Shown here: positions 45,010 to 57,145 of the stretch, one piece after another
Position numbering within the stretch: position 1 is the first letter of the stretch
Layout of the letters: each line of letters starts with the position of its first letter
Source: Schizochytrium sp. TIO01
Taxonomy: Eukaryota; Protista; Bigyra: Labyrinthulomycetes
DNA length: 64,000 nucleotides
Assembly (NCBI GenBank): GCA_004764695.1
Contig: SMSO01000033.1
Coordinates: 558,001-622,000, forward strand
Reading direction: 5' to 3'
The notes under the pieces: model-generated
The model's input: only the letters and a program-made list of their open reading frames with translations
Told to the model about the DNA's origin: nothing
Database searches by the model: none
Translations under genes and position numbers: made by a program

Positions 45010-46353
45010 CCTCTAGCACGTATTCATTGCTTCGGAAACCGACTCTTGAAGTTCTTGCGGACGGCTGGTATTGTTCTAATTTTTCTTTTAGGACTCAGGT
45101 CATCGTCATGATCATCCAGTGATTTCCTCCTCGTTCTATAAAAGTAAACGTTTCGCATTCTTAGTTAGTTAGTAATGGGTGCCAAGGTAGATAGATATCC
45201 CTGTTCCTTTTTATTGCCGCCTATCTACCTACTTATTTAGCAAGAGTATAGAATCGCAAACTTTTCAGTCATTGTTAAAAGGTGGTGTTGGTAGAAGAAG
45301 AAGCAAAGTCGTTTACAATAGTCGTGATGACGACGATCTTGAAAATAAATATTAACAAGGTTTTATTCATTTCTAAGTTCGTTCGCTAGCTAGATGCCTA
45401 GGTAGACCCTATTCATAATACATTATTTTTAATTGAAAATATAAATAAAATATAAAAAGTACTAAGAGTACTACTTCTAGAGGTCGCGATAGCTTCTGTC
45501 AAGAACAGTTTTATTCATGAGAAGAAGCAGAAGGTAAATTGAATGACTACTCGTGAACAACGAACAAGGAGGCTCTCCCTTTTGCCACCCTCTTGCATCC
45601 CTTATTCGTTTCATCCCTCCTCCAAATCCTTTCCAGCATGAACAGCAAAGTCAAAGCCAATTGAACAGAGATAATCTCACGGGCATTATTTTATCCTGCT
45701 TCGCAATGCCGCTATATATACGTGCGTAAATATCTATTCATTTAATTTATAAAATAAAAAGATGCAAAGAATAAAATGATACTGCTGAGCAAAAGCTCCT
45801 TTCTCCAGACTCGACTTAGCCGGTTCTTCTTCTTCGCAGAGCGTGGCGTCGAAGTGCGTGACATGGATCTCAGATATCGCCACACTCGAAGAAACGTGGT
45901 GCATATCTCCACTTTGCCCACCATATCCACCCGCCCAGAGGCCAAGACTTCGAGGCGAGGAAACTAAAGCAGGACTTTTCTGTGCGGGTGGTCTGTGTGT
46001 TCAAGAGTGCTATAAGTAATTCTGAATTCTCTTTCTACTCTTCATCAAAATTAAATATTAGTCTTTTATTTATCATAGATTTATCATACATAGCAAATAC
46101 CAGCACTTAGACACTCCTACTAGTTCTCACACGATGAAGAATCACTCAAACAGCGTGAGCCGTAGCGCTCATCTTCATCATCTTCATCATCATCACCTCT
46201 GTGGATGATCAACCATTCTCTTGAAAGAAGGGCCGTTTATGAAAGGGTTCTGCTCTTCGCGGAGAAGTCTTCGCCCCCTTCCTCCATTCCTGCCCAATCA
46301 ACTGTCTTTCACCCGCCTCAGCATTAGTCTCTTCGCATTCCCCGCGTTGAATT

Positions 46354-46448
46354 CTTTGCTTTGCTTTGCTTTGCATTGCATTGCTTTGCATTGCATTCAT
46401 TACATTGCACTGCACTGCATTGCAATTTGCACAATTTGCACAATTTGC
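46354..46448. repeat. (TTGCW)n pentamer repeat plus (TTGCACAAT) repeats
   Basis: Directly visible. Confidence 0.85.
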
Positions 46449-46947
46449 CACACATCTCATCGGCAGTTCAACCCTCGGAGCGAGCAATCTGTTCGTTGAT
46501 GCCAGCGATCGGCGACCTGTCCGTCTGCTCTTTCGTCTGCGCTGCCGCGTCTCTCGCGCCGCCACAGCCTTTGCGGCTGAGTCGCGCGCCGCGGTTTGTC
46601 GTTGCTTGCGCCATTGTGCTGTATGGCGCATACCTGAGCTTGTTCTTGCGTCGTTGGCCTCTCTCTTTCTCTCAGAGCGGCTGCTAGTCGCGCCTTAGCT
46701 ACTGCTAGGGTCCTTTCTCCGTTGTTCGTTCATCATTGCTGCTTTGTTTGAAAAGGTTTTCAATTGAAAGGTTGTTACTCATATTCAATTTATTTTACTT
46801 TTTAATTTAAAAAGGAGAGAAGCCACCTATTAGCACCTAATGCGCTCTATTGCGCGGAAACCACGAATAAACTTTCTTGGCAGGTGCCTAAGAGTGAAAG
46901 CAATGCAAATAGGAGCTAAGAAAGAAAGTTAATTTGTTATAATCAAA

Positions 46948-47020
46948 TGATTAATTGATTGATTGATTGATTGATTGATTGGGGAGTGAGTGAGTGAGTG
47001 AGTGAGTGAGTGAGTGAGTG
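46948..47020. repeat. Compound microsatellite (GATT)n(GAGT)n
   Basis: Directly visible. Confidence 0.95.
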
Positions 47021-48332
47021 AAAGAGGTGCCGCGAATCCTGATCTGAGGCGATGTTCCGATTGGAGGGGCTTTGAGGGATCATCTGCCCTCCATTTATGC
47101 GTCGATCGATCGATAAATCAGTCTCCAGAGATCTTCAGAGCCTGCGTCATTGAGCGACTCTGTGACAATATCGACTTCTTCTTCTTCTTCTTCTTTTTTC
47201 GCTCCTTCGAGGCTGGTAGAAGCACTATGAGTACTATGTATTTGTTTGTGCATCTCTCGATTTGCTGACTTTACTTATCTAATTATGATTAGTACATCTC
47301 TCTACTTAACCCGACTGAGTGTCGCGAAGAAATCAATCATTTCATTTCTGTTCATTTCTTTGATGGTTAAAACTAAAAACTAAAAACTTGATTGAAATGC
47401 GGATTATACAGTAGTGAGCAATACGCAAAAGTCGATCATCTGTGAACTACTGTTTGTTTAGGTGTCAGTCGCACGGAGATTGCGTGGTTTAGCTGTCTCG
47501 AGCGAGGTTTCGAGGGCATAAATCTCTAGAAGCTGGGAGAAGAGCTCTCTCTCGCCGCCAATGAGTCGGTTGCGGCTGCTCCATGTGCACCAAATCATCG
47601 GCATGCAAACGATGAGAAGGAGTCGATCGAGGGTGTGTTTGCCGAAATTAAAGAACGGCGATCATTCTCCTCATATTAAGTTCTCCTCTAAAAAGTCAGC
47701 GTTACATTTATTACATCATTTCCCTTTCTTTCTTTTACTTTCTTTCTTTTACTTCTTTCTTTTAAAATTGAAAAATTGGTGTCATGAAAACGCAGAAGAA
47801 ACAACTAAAGGCTAAAGACAGCTTCTTCCCTCAGTTGCGGAAAGAAGAAGCAGAAGTCGCAGCTGAAGGGTCAAGGTGCATGGCGAAGCAAGCTACCCTG
47901 AGAGCAGCAGCGCCGTGCTCTCTCGCCCCTTTCCTGTCCTTTCAGCGGCAGGCCGCCCGAGATCCACGCGTACGAAGGCGAATGATCCGATAAACCAAGT
48001 TGAACCAACCAACGAGAAAAGACTTTCCCCAATTTTGCTCGCCTCCTATTTCCTATCAGCAGCTAGTACTACCTATTAGCTACTAGCTAGCTAGCTAGGT
48101 GTTCGATTTTCATTTTTTCACGATTTCATTTTGAGAAATTATGCGAAACTTCGAGTTTTCGCTGCGAAGTAGTTTGACATGAATTAAAAATAATATAAAT
48201 AACCGCTATAGATAGAGACATCATCGCATGAATCATACGATATATATCCAAATGTTAAAATAAAAATAAAAATAAATGTTCAAGTAAAATGTCATGCTAA
48301 GCAGTAGGTAGGAAACTGGAGAGGAAAGAATG

Positions 48333-48400
48333 TTGTTTTGTTTTGTTTTGTTTTGTTTTGTTTTGTTTTATTTTATTTTATTTTATCTTATTTTATTTTT
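48333..48400. repeat. (TTTTG)n(TTTTA)n microsatellite
   Basis: Directly visible. Confidence 0.9.
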
Positions 48401-48928
48401 CTGTCTGTTTTCTTTTTGGTTTTTGTTCACTTCTTTTTTCTTTCACATAATATTTATTTGTTAGTTTCTCCTCTCCCTTTCTTCCTGCCCTGCATCGCGC
48501 GGATGGATTCCTGGCACGCGGGCTCTGGTAGTGGACGCACATATTAATATAAGGTTTGAAAATGTTAACAGAATGCGTGCAGCGACAAGATGCAGCAGGC
48601 CATTGAAAGAGGAAAAGCAGGCCTTGCTTCGTTTCCTCCCTTGCCGCGTCAGCCCCTAAGGTTGTGCTATCCGCACATAGGCAAAACAACCTCGGCCAGA
48701 AATTCCTGAGCACAGAAACGTACGTTAAAACCCCCAAAGTTTAGCCGAATATCCGGGTATCCCCAACAGGCTGTGGGTGAGGTATGAGCAACCAGGGACT
48801 CGGAGAATCCTGGGAGGGGTATGAGGGGTAGGATACAAAAGAGGAGCACTGCCTGCAATGCGCTGTTGGCAAAGGCACTGCCGCCAACAAGCAACCAAAC
48901 CTCGTACGCTCAGACCTGGACACGGGAG

Positions 48929-49313
48929 GTAAGTGCTCCAGCGGACGCGTTGCCCCGGCCCGTCCCCGACCACCACAGAGGCACGAACGGTGCTCAGAAT
49001 AGATAAACCCTCACGCTGAGTGGCTAGTTGGCCCAACCTGGCCTTGCATGAGCTCGAGCAAGCTTTTGCTCGTGTTTCATGCACTCTGGCAGACTCGCTG
49101 CCTGTTCTGTTCATATCATATCCTTGCTTGCTCTTGCCCTCGAATTTAGTCGGTCTCTACCTACAGCGTGCAGTGCGCTGATGGGGCTAGCTTGGGCTTG
49201 GCGATCGTCAGTGGTTATGTGTGCTGTGATGTGGTTGAAATGATTGATTTTTAATTCAAGATTGGCCTGTTAGCTAACTGTGATTTGTTTATTTGATTGT
49301 TCGATGTGTGCAG
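48929..49313 (+). other. Probable 5'-UTR intron of the phosphate carrier gene
   Basis: AG|GTAAGT donor at 48929, GCTAAC branch near 49273, T-rich tract, TGCAG acceptor at 49313, 36 nt before the ATG. Confidence 0.6.
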
Positions 49314-49349
49314 AAGTAGTGCAAGTCACGAAATAAAACCAAAAGAAAG

Positions 49350-50764
49350 ATGTTCGGCCCCCTCGGTAGCATCCAGGCCCGCGTGGCCGTCGAGAAGGAG
49401 CACAAGCCCGTGCGTGCCCTCTCCGTCGCTCAGCCCGTCAAGGCCATGAGCGCCCACGAGCAGGGCCCCTTCGACCTCATGTACTTCGTCAAGGGTGCCT
49501 TCTCCGGTGTAAGTTAATCTTGAACCAAGTATCTATGAACCTGAACACATAGATCCAGTTCACGTTTTTACGTGCTAGCTTTAGTCGTTGAACTGTGTTT
49601 TTAATCCTAGACGACCTACTTGGCCATACTCTTAGTTTCCAGCAAGCGCCGGCTTGGTTTTTAAGTCTATACTATTATGGGCGGGACTAAAGTTTGGGCA
49701 TGGATCTTTTTGTGACCAGGATCTATATCATCTTGTTGTTGTCGATCAAATTTATACTAACTGCATTTCACTTCAAATCGTGTTGAATTACGTTACGTAT
49801 GTTCAATGGATTCCTTTCATTAATTCTAATCGTTGACATTGCGAATCTTCAATGCACTTTATGATGACTATTTCTAATCTTACAGGGTGTCTGCTGTGGT
49901 ATCACCCACGGTTCCCTCTGCCCCGTCGATGTCGTCAAGACCCGCATGCAGCTCGAGCCCACCAAGTACACCGGCATGATCTCTGGCTTCCGCAAGGTCA
50001 TCGCTGAGGAGGGCATGGGTGCTCTTGCCACTGGTCTCGGACCCACCGTTGTCGGCTACTTCATCCAGGGCTGGTTCAAGTTCGGTGGTGTCGAGTTCTT
50101 CAAGATCCAGCAGGCTTCTTACTTCGGTGTTGAGAAGGCCTGGGAGTACCGTTTCCCCATCTACCTTTCCTCTGCCGCCATGGCCGAGTTCATTGCTGAT
50201 ATCTTCCTCTGCCCCCTCGAGGCCACCCGCATCAAGCTCGTGTCCAACCCCAGCTACGCTTCCGGTCTTATCACTGCCTTCCCCAAGGTTATTGCTGACG
50301 AGGGCTTCTTCGCTGGCTTCTACTCTGGTTTCGTCCCCATCCTCTTCAAGCAGATCCCCTACACCATGGCTAAGTTCGCTGTCCAGGGTGCCGCCCAGGA
50401 GAAGATGTGCAACGTGTCTGGCATCGACCTCGCCACCGCCTCTGACTCTACCAAGGTTTCCCTCTCCCTCGCTTCTGGTGTGATTGCCGGTGTTGCCGCT
50501 GCCATCATCTCCCACCCCGCTGATACTCTCCTCTCCGTCATCAACAAGCCTGGTGCTGGTGGCAAGGGCTCCATGGTTGTCCGCCTCGGCCGCGTCGCCG
50601 CCGAGATGGGCCTCGTCAAGCTCTGCCTCGTTGGTCTCCCGGCCCGTTGCGTCATGATCGGTACCCTCACCGCCGGTCAGTTCGCCATCTTCGACTCCGT
50701 CATGGCTGTCACCGGTGCCGAGAAGTTCCACTTCGTCGACCCCGCCGACTTGGAGCAGAAGTAA
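49350..50764 (+). CDS. MIR1: Mitochondrial phosphate carrier (SLC25A3/MIR1/PIC2 family), two exons (49350-49508, 49886-50764)
   Basis: Exon 1 ends YFVKGAFSG at GTAAGT; exon 2 starts GVCCGITHGSLCPVDVVKTRMQ. Motifs GYFIQGWFKFGG, AEFIADIFLCPLEATRI, KQIPYTMAKF, SHPADTLLS, MIGTLTAGQF. Strong C-ending codon bias. Confidence 0.92.
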
Positions 50765-52000
50765 ATTGCCGTGTTGTGTCTCAATTGTCTTTCACAAACC
50801 TGAAACAGCAGCACCAACTTACCGCCTGCTTCTCCTCCCCTGTCCTTTTTTCCAAATCGAAAATACATGTGATGAGAAACCCGTTTCAACCTTTATTCCT
50901 TTGTCTGCTCTGTGATTTTATAAATGTGCATGTTTGCACCCTTCTTGAGAATTCGTCCTTGTCTTAAGGTGCCCTACTGTAGCCCCTACTCTTGTTGCTC
51001 TACGTCCATCTGCATTTGCTGTGACTGTTTATTCCTTTCACAACTGAAGAGTTTAGGTGCTGATGTGAGGGATAACCCAACTAAGAAATGTTGTTTTGCT
51101 TCAGGTTTGCCTGCTTGCTTTGAAAGTGGCTTTCGAAGATTCACTGTTCTAAATATAAGTTTGCCAATCCTATTTCGAATTCGGATATATCTTAACCAAA
51201 GGGAAATGAATATCTGTGATTATATGTGTCTGGTTAGCTAAAGTACGCGATAAATAACGTCAATTTCAAAGTTTCAAGAAATTGCGTATTCTGGTGAATA
51301 CAAAGCCTCTGAGACTTCAATCACAACAACCCTTCACAATTATTCTTTAAATTATCTGCTTCATCATCATCTGATAGAAAAGCTAGTGTTGTACTTTGTA
51401 TAATTGAATGTTTGTAGTCGAGCAAGCTCAATTTACACAAGGATTTAGGTTACCGTCAGATTTGGGCATGTAACCTTAGTTTTATCACCATAACGCAGTG
51501 CGCTACTGAACCGTCTGACAAAGAGAGCCAAAAATTGAAAAAAAAAAAAAAAGAAAAAGAGGGAAGATTCAAAAAGTGCCTTAGTAAGAATATTTTCGAG
51601 TAATAGATTGTCCACGCAAAATTAGAGATGGACATCCTGTACTTTGGGATCCACTTGGTAGAGTTAAACATAGAGAAAAAACAAAAGGTGATTGGCCTGA
51701 AACGTTTGAGGTAGGAGTTCAAAAGCAAATAACGTTTCAGAGAAGAAATCATACGTCATGTAATCAACCGGTGAAGAACTAATATGACACCTGACTGTCT
51801 ACTACCTTGTGTGTGTTGTGTTTAATGGAAAGAGCGGGGGGGGGTTGACTTGTTAAGCAAAGAAGGCGAAATTCAGTAGAAATAGAGCATCGAGGTTCAT
51901 GAAAGGAACCTTTTTGAGATACTTGCTTGGAATCTCTGATGAATGATAGATATAGCGACTTAGTTGTAGAAAAAAGGACAAAACGGTGCTGTTCGTAGAA

Positions 52001-53923
52001 TCACTCAGCGCAGCAGGAGTGTTTTTCCCCAACTTCTATCTTGTCTTGCTGCTGGACAACCTTGTGCTTAGCTGCAGTGGGAGTATCATCGATTTCCTCA
52101 GCAAATTGGCAACAAGGGTCAGCAGCCTGGCCCTTGGTAGAGCGTAAGTTCATGTTGAAAATAACATGTCCAGCAGCAAGGCCGAGTACCACAGCGATGA
52201 AGAGAAACGCCGAATATGTCATGATGATTAGCATAGCGAAATAACCATTCGTGACCTGGAGAATGTACATGGAGATGTACACTGAATAATTTGCAGGGGT
52301 TGACCAACGATCTTGGAGTACCTTGAGGTGGTAACGGCGAGCCCAGATCACAAATTCAACAAAAATGGCAAAAGCAAAGCTTCCGAGAAATCCAACAGCC
52401 ATCTTCCAGCGAGTATCCAAGGTCCACTTGCGGAAAAGAATATTGACACAATAATCGTCAGGGTCAATGCTGGACTGAAAGCCAGACATGTACATGACAG
52501 TGCCGTAACCATTACAAATAGATCCAGATTTAGTAGTAGTTGAGGTTGACGAAGAGTTAGATGTGCTATTGCCCGAGAGAGTGTCCGGGCAAGTCAGGGT
52601 GCACTCAGTACAGTGGGAGTCACCAAGTTCCCAAACTTCACCTGTCTCAGAGTTTGCGCATACAGCATCATCAGCAGTTGAGCTGGAGGTGCATCCATCA
52701 CCGGTTGCAATCTCCATGCAGCTCATCCAACAGTATGCTTCACCTGTGCCACAACTGGTTGCGAGGTCACGAGCCATCATATGGGGAGATTGGGCATTTG
52801 AAGAATACTCATTCGAGTATGAGCAACCGGCGCCAAATGAGTCTTTTTGGTGGGTTACTGCAGCAACACGGATTTTATCCTCCTCGCCATATGACAACTT
52901 TGAGCGCTCGTTTACGGCACTCTTCGGCTGTAAGAACATACGACCATACCATGCACGCATGATATTGTCGCCAAGCTCACAGGAAGGTTGCATCACCATT
53001 GCGTGCGGGACAGGGCGCATGGGCATGCATTTGTGACCAAACTCAGTCATTCCCTGACCCATCATAAAGAAGATAACATCACCTTCCTCTGCCAATGCGG
53101 GGCGCCCAATCTCGCCTTCAGAGCTTTCAACAAGAAAGCCCATGCCGGGCTTCGCAGAGACCTCATTGGCAGTTGAGGTGTCGTAATAAGCAGAGGGCAG
53201 AAGAGCAATGAACAAACCGACATCGGTGTGAAGGTCAAGCGCCGCAAGACCACTCTTCATCTTTGTGCTACTGCAGTTAGCTTGGTAAGCATGATAGTGC
53301 TCCAGATGAGATCCGCTTGTAAGGAATGATTGCATTGACGGGTAGTGGTCAACGCCATTGATGTGGCGCGCAAAAATTTCGCCAGCAGTGCGAGTGCCGC
53401 AAAGAGCATCGAGTTGAGCAAAAACCATAGTTGACACGCGAGTTACAAGCTCGCGAACGGCTGTGGAAGTCGCCTCGAACTGCTTGCACTCTTCCGAGAG
53501 CTCTTCGTCAGAAATGCCGAGGTGCTGCTTCATGCTTGTTTCGTAGCGTTGACCGTGCTCAATAATGCTCGCAAAGGTGTGGCGAACAGTCTCGTCAGCA
53601 AGAACGGCAGTCTTGACTTTGTCTGCTGTCATCATGCATTTGACCATCTCATGAAACATTTTCTTGCGAAGGGTCTTGAGACGGGGTACTTGGGTCACCT
53701 GAAACATGCCTTCTCGGACCACAGCTTTACGAATAGAGCTGCCATCGACATCAGTGAGGAGACTCTCGAAAGAAACCTCCTCAACCGGAACGGACTCTAC
53801 AAAGGAAGATTCATAGCCACTCAAGTGCTGAGCAGAGGTCCCTGGGATCAGGGTAGCCACGAAGAGCACAGCCGAGAGCAGTAGCAAAAGCTGCGTGGCC
53901 ACGTTCTTAGCAGCCAGCGACAT
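52001..53923 (-). CDS. Ctr copper transporter with large N-terminal extracellular 2OG-Fe(II) oxygenase-like and Cys-rich domains
   Basis: Signal peptide; LDLHTDVGLF (HxD), PVPHAM, RAWYGRM; CGTGEAYCWMSCM Cys-rich linker. Ctr motifs MYMSGF, ILFRKWTLDT, GYFAMLIIMTY (MxxxM), GLAAG (GxxxG); C-terminal PCC and HSCC. Confidence 0.85.
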   Translation of the reverse strand: MSLAAKNVATQLLLLLSAVLFVATLIPGTSAQHLSGYESSFVESVPVEEVSFESLLTDVDGSSIRKAVVREGMFQVTQVPRLKTLRKKMFHEMVKCMMTADKVKTAVLADETVRHTFASIIEHGQRYETSMKQHLGISDEELSEECKQFEATSTAVRELVTRVSTMVFAQLDALCGTRTAGEIFARHINGVDHYPSMQSFLTSGSHLEHYHAYQANCSSTKMKSGLAALDLHTDVGLFIALLPSAYYDTSTANEVSAKPGMGFLVESSEGEIGRPALAEEGDVIFFMMGQGMTEFGHKCMPMRPVPHAMVMQPSCELGDNIMRAWYGRMFLQPKSAVNERSKLSYGEEDKIRVAAVTHQKDSFGAGCSYSNEYSSNAQSPHMMARDLATSCGTGEAYCWMSCMEIATGDGCTSSSTADDAVCANSETGEVWELGDSHCTECTLTCPDTLSGNSTSNSSSTSTTTKSGSICNGYGTVMYMSGFQSSIDPDDYCVNILFRKWTLDTRWKMAVGFLGSFAFAIFVEFVIWARRYHLKVLQDRWSTPANYSVYISMYILQVTNGYFAMLIIMTYSAFLFIAVVLGLAAGHVIFNMNLRSTKGQAADPCCQFAEEIDDTPTAAKHKVVQQQDKIEVGEKHSCCAE

Positions 53924-54860
53924 CTTAGTTTAGTCTAGTCAGCAGCCCAACGAACGGCCAAAGGCAGCGTCTACTAAACAAGTGATAGTCCAAAACACCC
54001 CGCGCCTTCACGTCAGCGAGGGTCAAACAAAGATTCACGCCACAAAGGACAATCGAGCTTTGCCTTGCGTCGGCGGGACGCGGTGTTGGGCTTTTGTTTT
54101 CGCCGAGACCGTGAGTCTAGGTATTGTATTTCAATTAAAATTTACTCATTCACTCGTCAGTAATAATTTATTCTTTTCATTTTTCCTTCCGCACCATTTA
54201 CTTTGCTCCTTTTTCAGTAGCAGTTAGTTATCTATTCATAACATCCATTGGTCTACCATCTAAACATTTATTGTCTTTTAATATATAGGTTATTTCATAA
54301 ATTAAAAAATAAAATCTTTCAATTGTATCGTTTGGTCTATTCAAAGAGTCGTGTCGGTAAGAGCCATATATGAGTAACGACTAGCACTTCAGAGTGGAAG
54401 AAGCTTCGCAGTTTAAGTAGTAGTAGTTTAAAGTGAGATCGGCCACTCACTTTTAATTGAAAAAGGACACTTTTAGTTGAAACGAAACTAGGATGAAAGA
54501 ATCTATACAATTAGATTAGGCTTCTGCGAGGATAGAGGAAGTTCGATTAGGATGCGCGTTTAGATCACGCTTGTGAAGACTTGTAGAACGCGATATTGAT
54601 TAGGAGGAGTCATTTGAGGAGCACGGTCTAAAATGATGAGACGAAATAGACAGGAGGAACTTGAAGACTGAACATAGGAGAAGAAATTGCAGGCAAATGC
54701 GTGAGATTGTGCAGAAATTTAGCACGCGCTAAATGTAAACACGAGATGCATGACCTATACTGGATGTACACACCATACAGACTTGGACATTGTTTGTGTG
54801 ACGCAGCGGCGAATAGGCTCGGCGTAAAATGATCTCGAGGTATATTCTGGGCTGCAGTGT

Positions 54861-54891
<31 letters not shown>

Positions 54892-55990
54892 AGGATGCGC
54901 AGCACTTTGCTAAGTCTTTCAGGGAACGGAGCCCATGAAAACCAATCAAGTTTCTTTTTCTTTTTAAAGTCCTGTTTTTAAAAAATGCCAAGATCTGTCT
55001 GTGCCACTCTGTAACCCTACGAAGCGGGATTTGCTGCCAAACAATGTTGTGTCGAAAACCATAGGTTTTGGCAACTTCAAGTCTTCATTTTGAACTAAAA
55101 CTTTTCCTAGCATGCCGTCTGAAAAGCGATTGATCATGACAGGGGCAAGCTTGGACGCACAGATTCACTGTAGTATACGCAGTGCAAAGTATGAACTTCA
55201 TGGCCGCTTTGAATGGTCGATTTTATTGCGCATCGCTGGTCAAGGTGATGGCATCGTTTCAGACTTGCTTGAATAAAAACCAATTCAGAAAGAAGTTTTT
55301 ATTTATTTATAAAGTTATACCTTAGTAGTGTAGTAATAGGCAGGTACTACTATTATTCCCATGCCTAATTTCGTTACCATATCTGAAAGAAGTTATGCTA
55401 ATCTTTTTCATAGTAAGACTCTAGTGATTCAAAGTTAAACTGCGATGGGTCACCCGCATGTACGTCGCTTAACTTGGAGTATCTAATAATTCATTCTCGT
55501 AGTTAGGTAATACTAACTTCGATGTAATTCGAAATGATCGAAACTGAGTGAACGTGGCCTTGAATAGTTATTCGCTAAATCGTGAAAGCACAAGCTGTGG
55601 TTCAAGAAGTATAGGTTCAGTTTTCTAAAGCTGGTCGTAGTTCAATTTGATTTAATGATAACCCCATCTTATGAAATTGAAAGCTCTATGGACTAGATTG
55701 AATATATTTGCAACCTACGGTATTATTGAAGTAAGAGGATTGTGATGTATTCTAATTTGTAGGCTGATGGCCATGCAGCAAATACAACTTGTGGGCTATG
55801 TAACACACAGGTGTGTGATACCTACGCTTTTGAATAAAATACCAAATTGATGGATACCTTCGATGCTACCAAAAATATTTGCAAAGTTTAAATCGAACAG
55901 GGAATGGTACTCCAACTTTAAGATCAGTGTCAGTCTACCTTGACAGTGACCACCAGCAGAAGGAATTTAAAAGGACAACGTTTTTGCCAA

Positions 55991-57145
55991 TTAACTCTTA
56001 GATTCGGGATTCAATACATAGCTAAGAAAACCTGTGATAGGGATAGCATTAGCGTTCTTCCCTGGGGCGATACTCAGGAAGTCTGAAATGATTGCGATTT
56101 CATCAGGTGACAAATCAAGACCCGCGTCCAAAAGAGCATACTTAAATTCAACTCTGTCCAGCATGTCATCATGTGCTTTGTCGTAGCTCCTGACATGATC
56201 CTCAAACTCTGAGGGTGTTGCTGAAACAATAGATGCAATATAGTCAAATACTGCATCTGAAGAAAGTTCTTGGCAGCTATCATATGTGTTCTCATAGTCT
56301 GGGGTTTCTGCGAGCTCAACAATCCATTCATTTCTCTCAAGAACCGGCACACGCTGATCAGCGATATGAGTCCCGCGTGCCTCTCGTTTTAGGACATGCA
56401 CCCGACGAGTAGGTTTGTGTAAGCAACAAAACGCATCAAGCTCCGGTCCATAATCATTGTACACAACAGAAGACGCGTCCATTGCGAGGGATTTACCTGA
56501 AGCGCAATGAATGAATTGAATGGGGTGTCCACTTGAAATGCGGAGGTCTGCTCCAAGAGGCGATGGTTGAGCTTGAAGTTCTTCAATACGCCATCGCATG
56601 TTACTTAGATCTTTCTTAGCCACTGGCTCACAAGTGACGCGTACTTCTTGCTCACCTGAGCGGCTTGTACTCCCCAAAACACTTGCCGGTGCAGACATGA
56701 CGTAGAGCTGCTTCTGGCAAAGTCCTGTGGCAGCGCTTGTGCGAAGCGCCGGTGCTGTAAGCAACAAAACCTCGTCTCCCAATTCGACAAACTCTTTCTG
56801 GCTAGAACCTGGGGCAGGCTGAATCATAAAGGATGTGCGCAAACTCTGCTCATTCACACCAGATGCCTGGTAAGCCCGTGGCTCTTTCTCGACAGAAAGG
56901 TTCCCTGCAAAATACTTCTCAGTAGCGCAGTGCTTGAGGGCGATGAAGTCTCCATATCTCAGTAGTCCATCCTCGTGGTAAGAAATCTGCGCAGGCAAGG
57001 AACCTGCAACATTTGCTGCTCGAACTTGATCAATAAGACGTTCTCCTAGCCGAGCTTTATGCTGCACTGATTTCTTGCGAATCTCGGAAAGTGCTTTGTC
57101 TTCATTCCAGTTGCCAATAAGGACTTTCTTGTTGTACCCGCTCAT
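55991..57145 (-). CDS. CFAP161: CFAP161-like flagellar protein with C-terminal EF-hand
   Basis: YNKKVLIGNWNED, DGLLRYGDFIAL, FIHCASGKSL, NDYGPE, NEW motifs; EF-hand-like YDKAHDDMLDRVEFKYAL. First ATG at 57145. Confidence 0.75.
   Translation of the reverse strand: MSGYNKKVLIGNWNEDKALSEIRKKSVQHKARLGERLIDQVRAANVAGSLPAQISYHEDGLLRYGDFIALKHCATEKYFAGNLSVEKEPRAYQASGVNEQSLRTSFMIQPAPGSSQKEFVELGDEVLLLTAPALRTSAATGLCQKQLYVMSAPASVLGSTSRSGEQEVRVTCEPVAKKDLSNMRWRIEELQAQPSPLGADLRISSGHPIQFIHCASGKSLAMDASSVVYNDYGPELDAFCCLHKPTRRVHVLKREARGTHIADQRVPVLERNEWIVELAETPDYENTYDSCQELSSDAVFDYIASIVSATPSEFEDHVRSYDKAHDDMLDRVEFKYALLDAGLDLSPDEIAIISDFLSIAPGKNANAIPITGFLSYVLNPESKS

Noticed and set aside
45742-46700. Short ORFs in a GC-rich, repeat-laden segment
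   Set aside because: Mostly translations of pentamer repeats; no coherent gene model could be built.
49880-50731. 283-aa antisense ORF over the phosphate carrier; similar ones over NMA111 (24833-25648, 23984-24592) and SDH4 (35712-36143)
   Set aside because: Expected by-product of strong codon bias in the sense genes.
54480-54760. Purine-rich stretch resembling decayed coiled-coil coding sequence
   Set aside because: Frequent stops in the frames examined and no identifiable motif.
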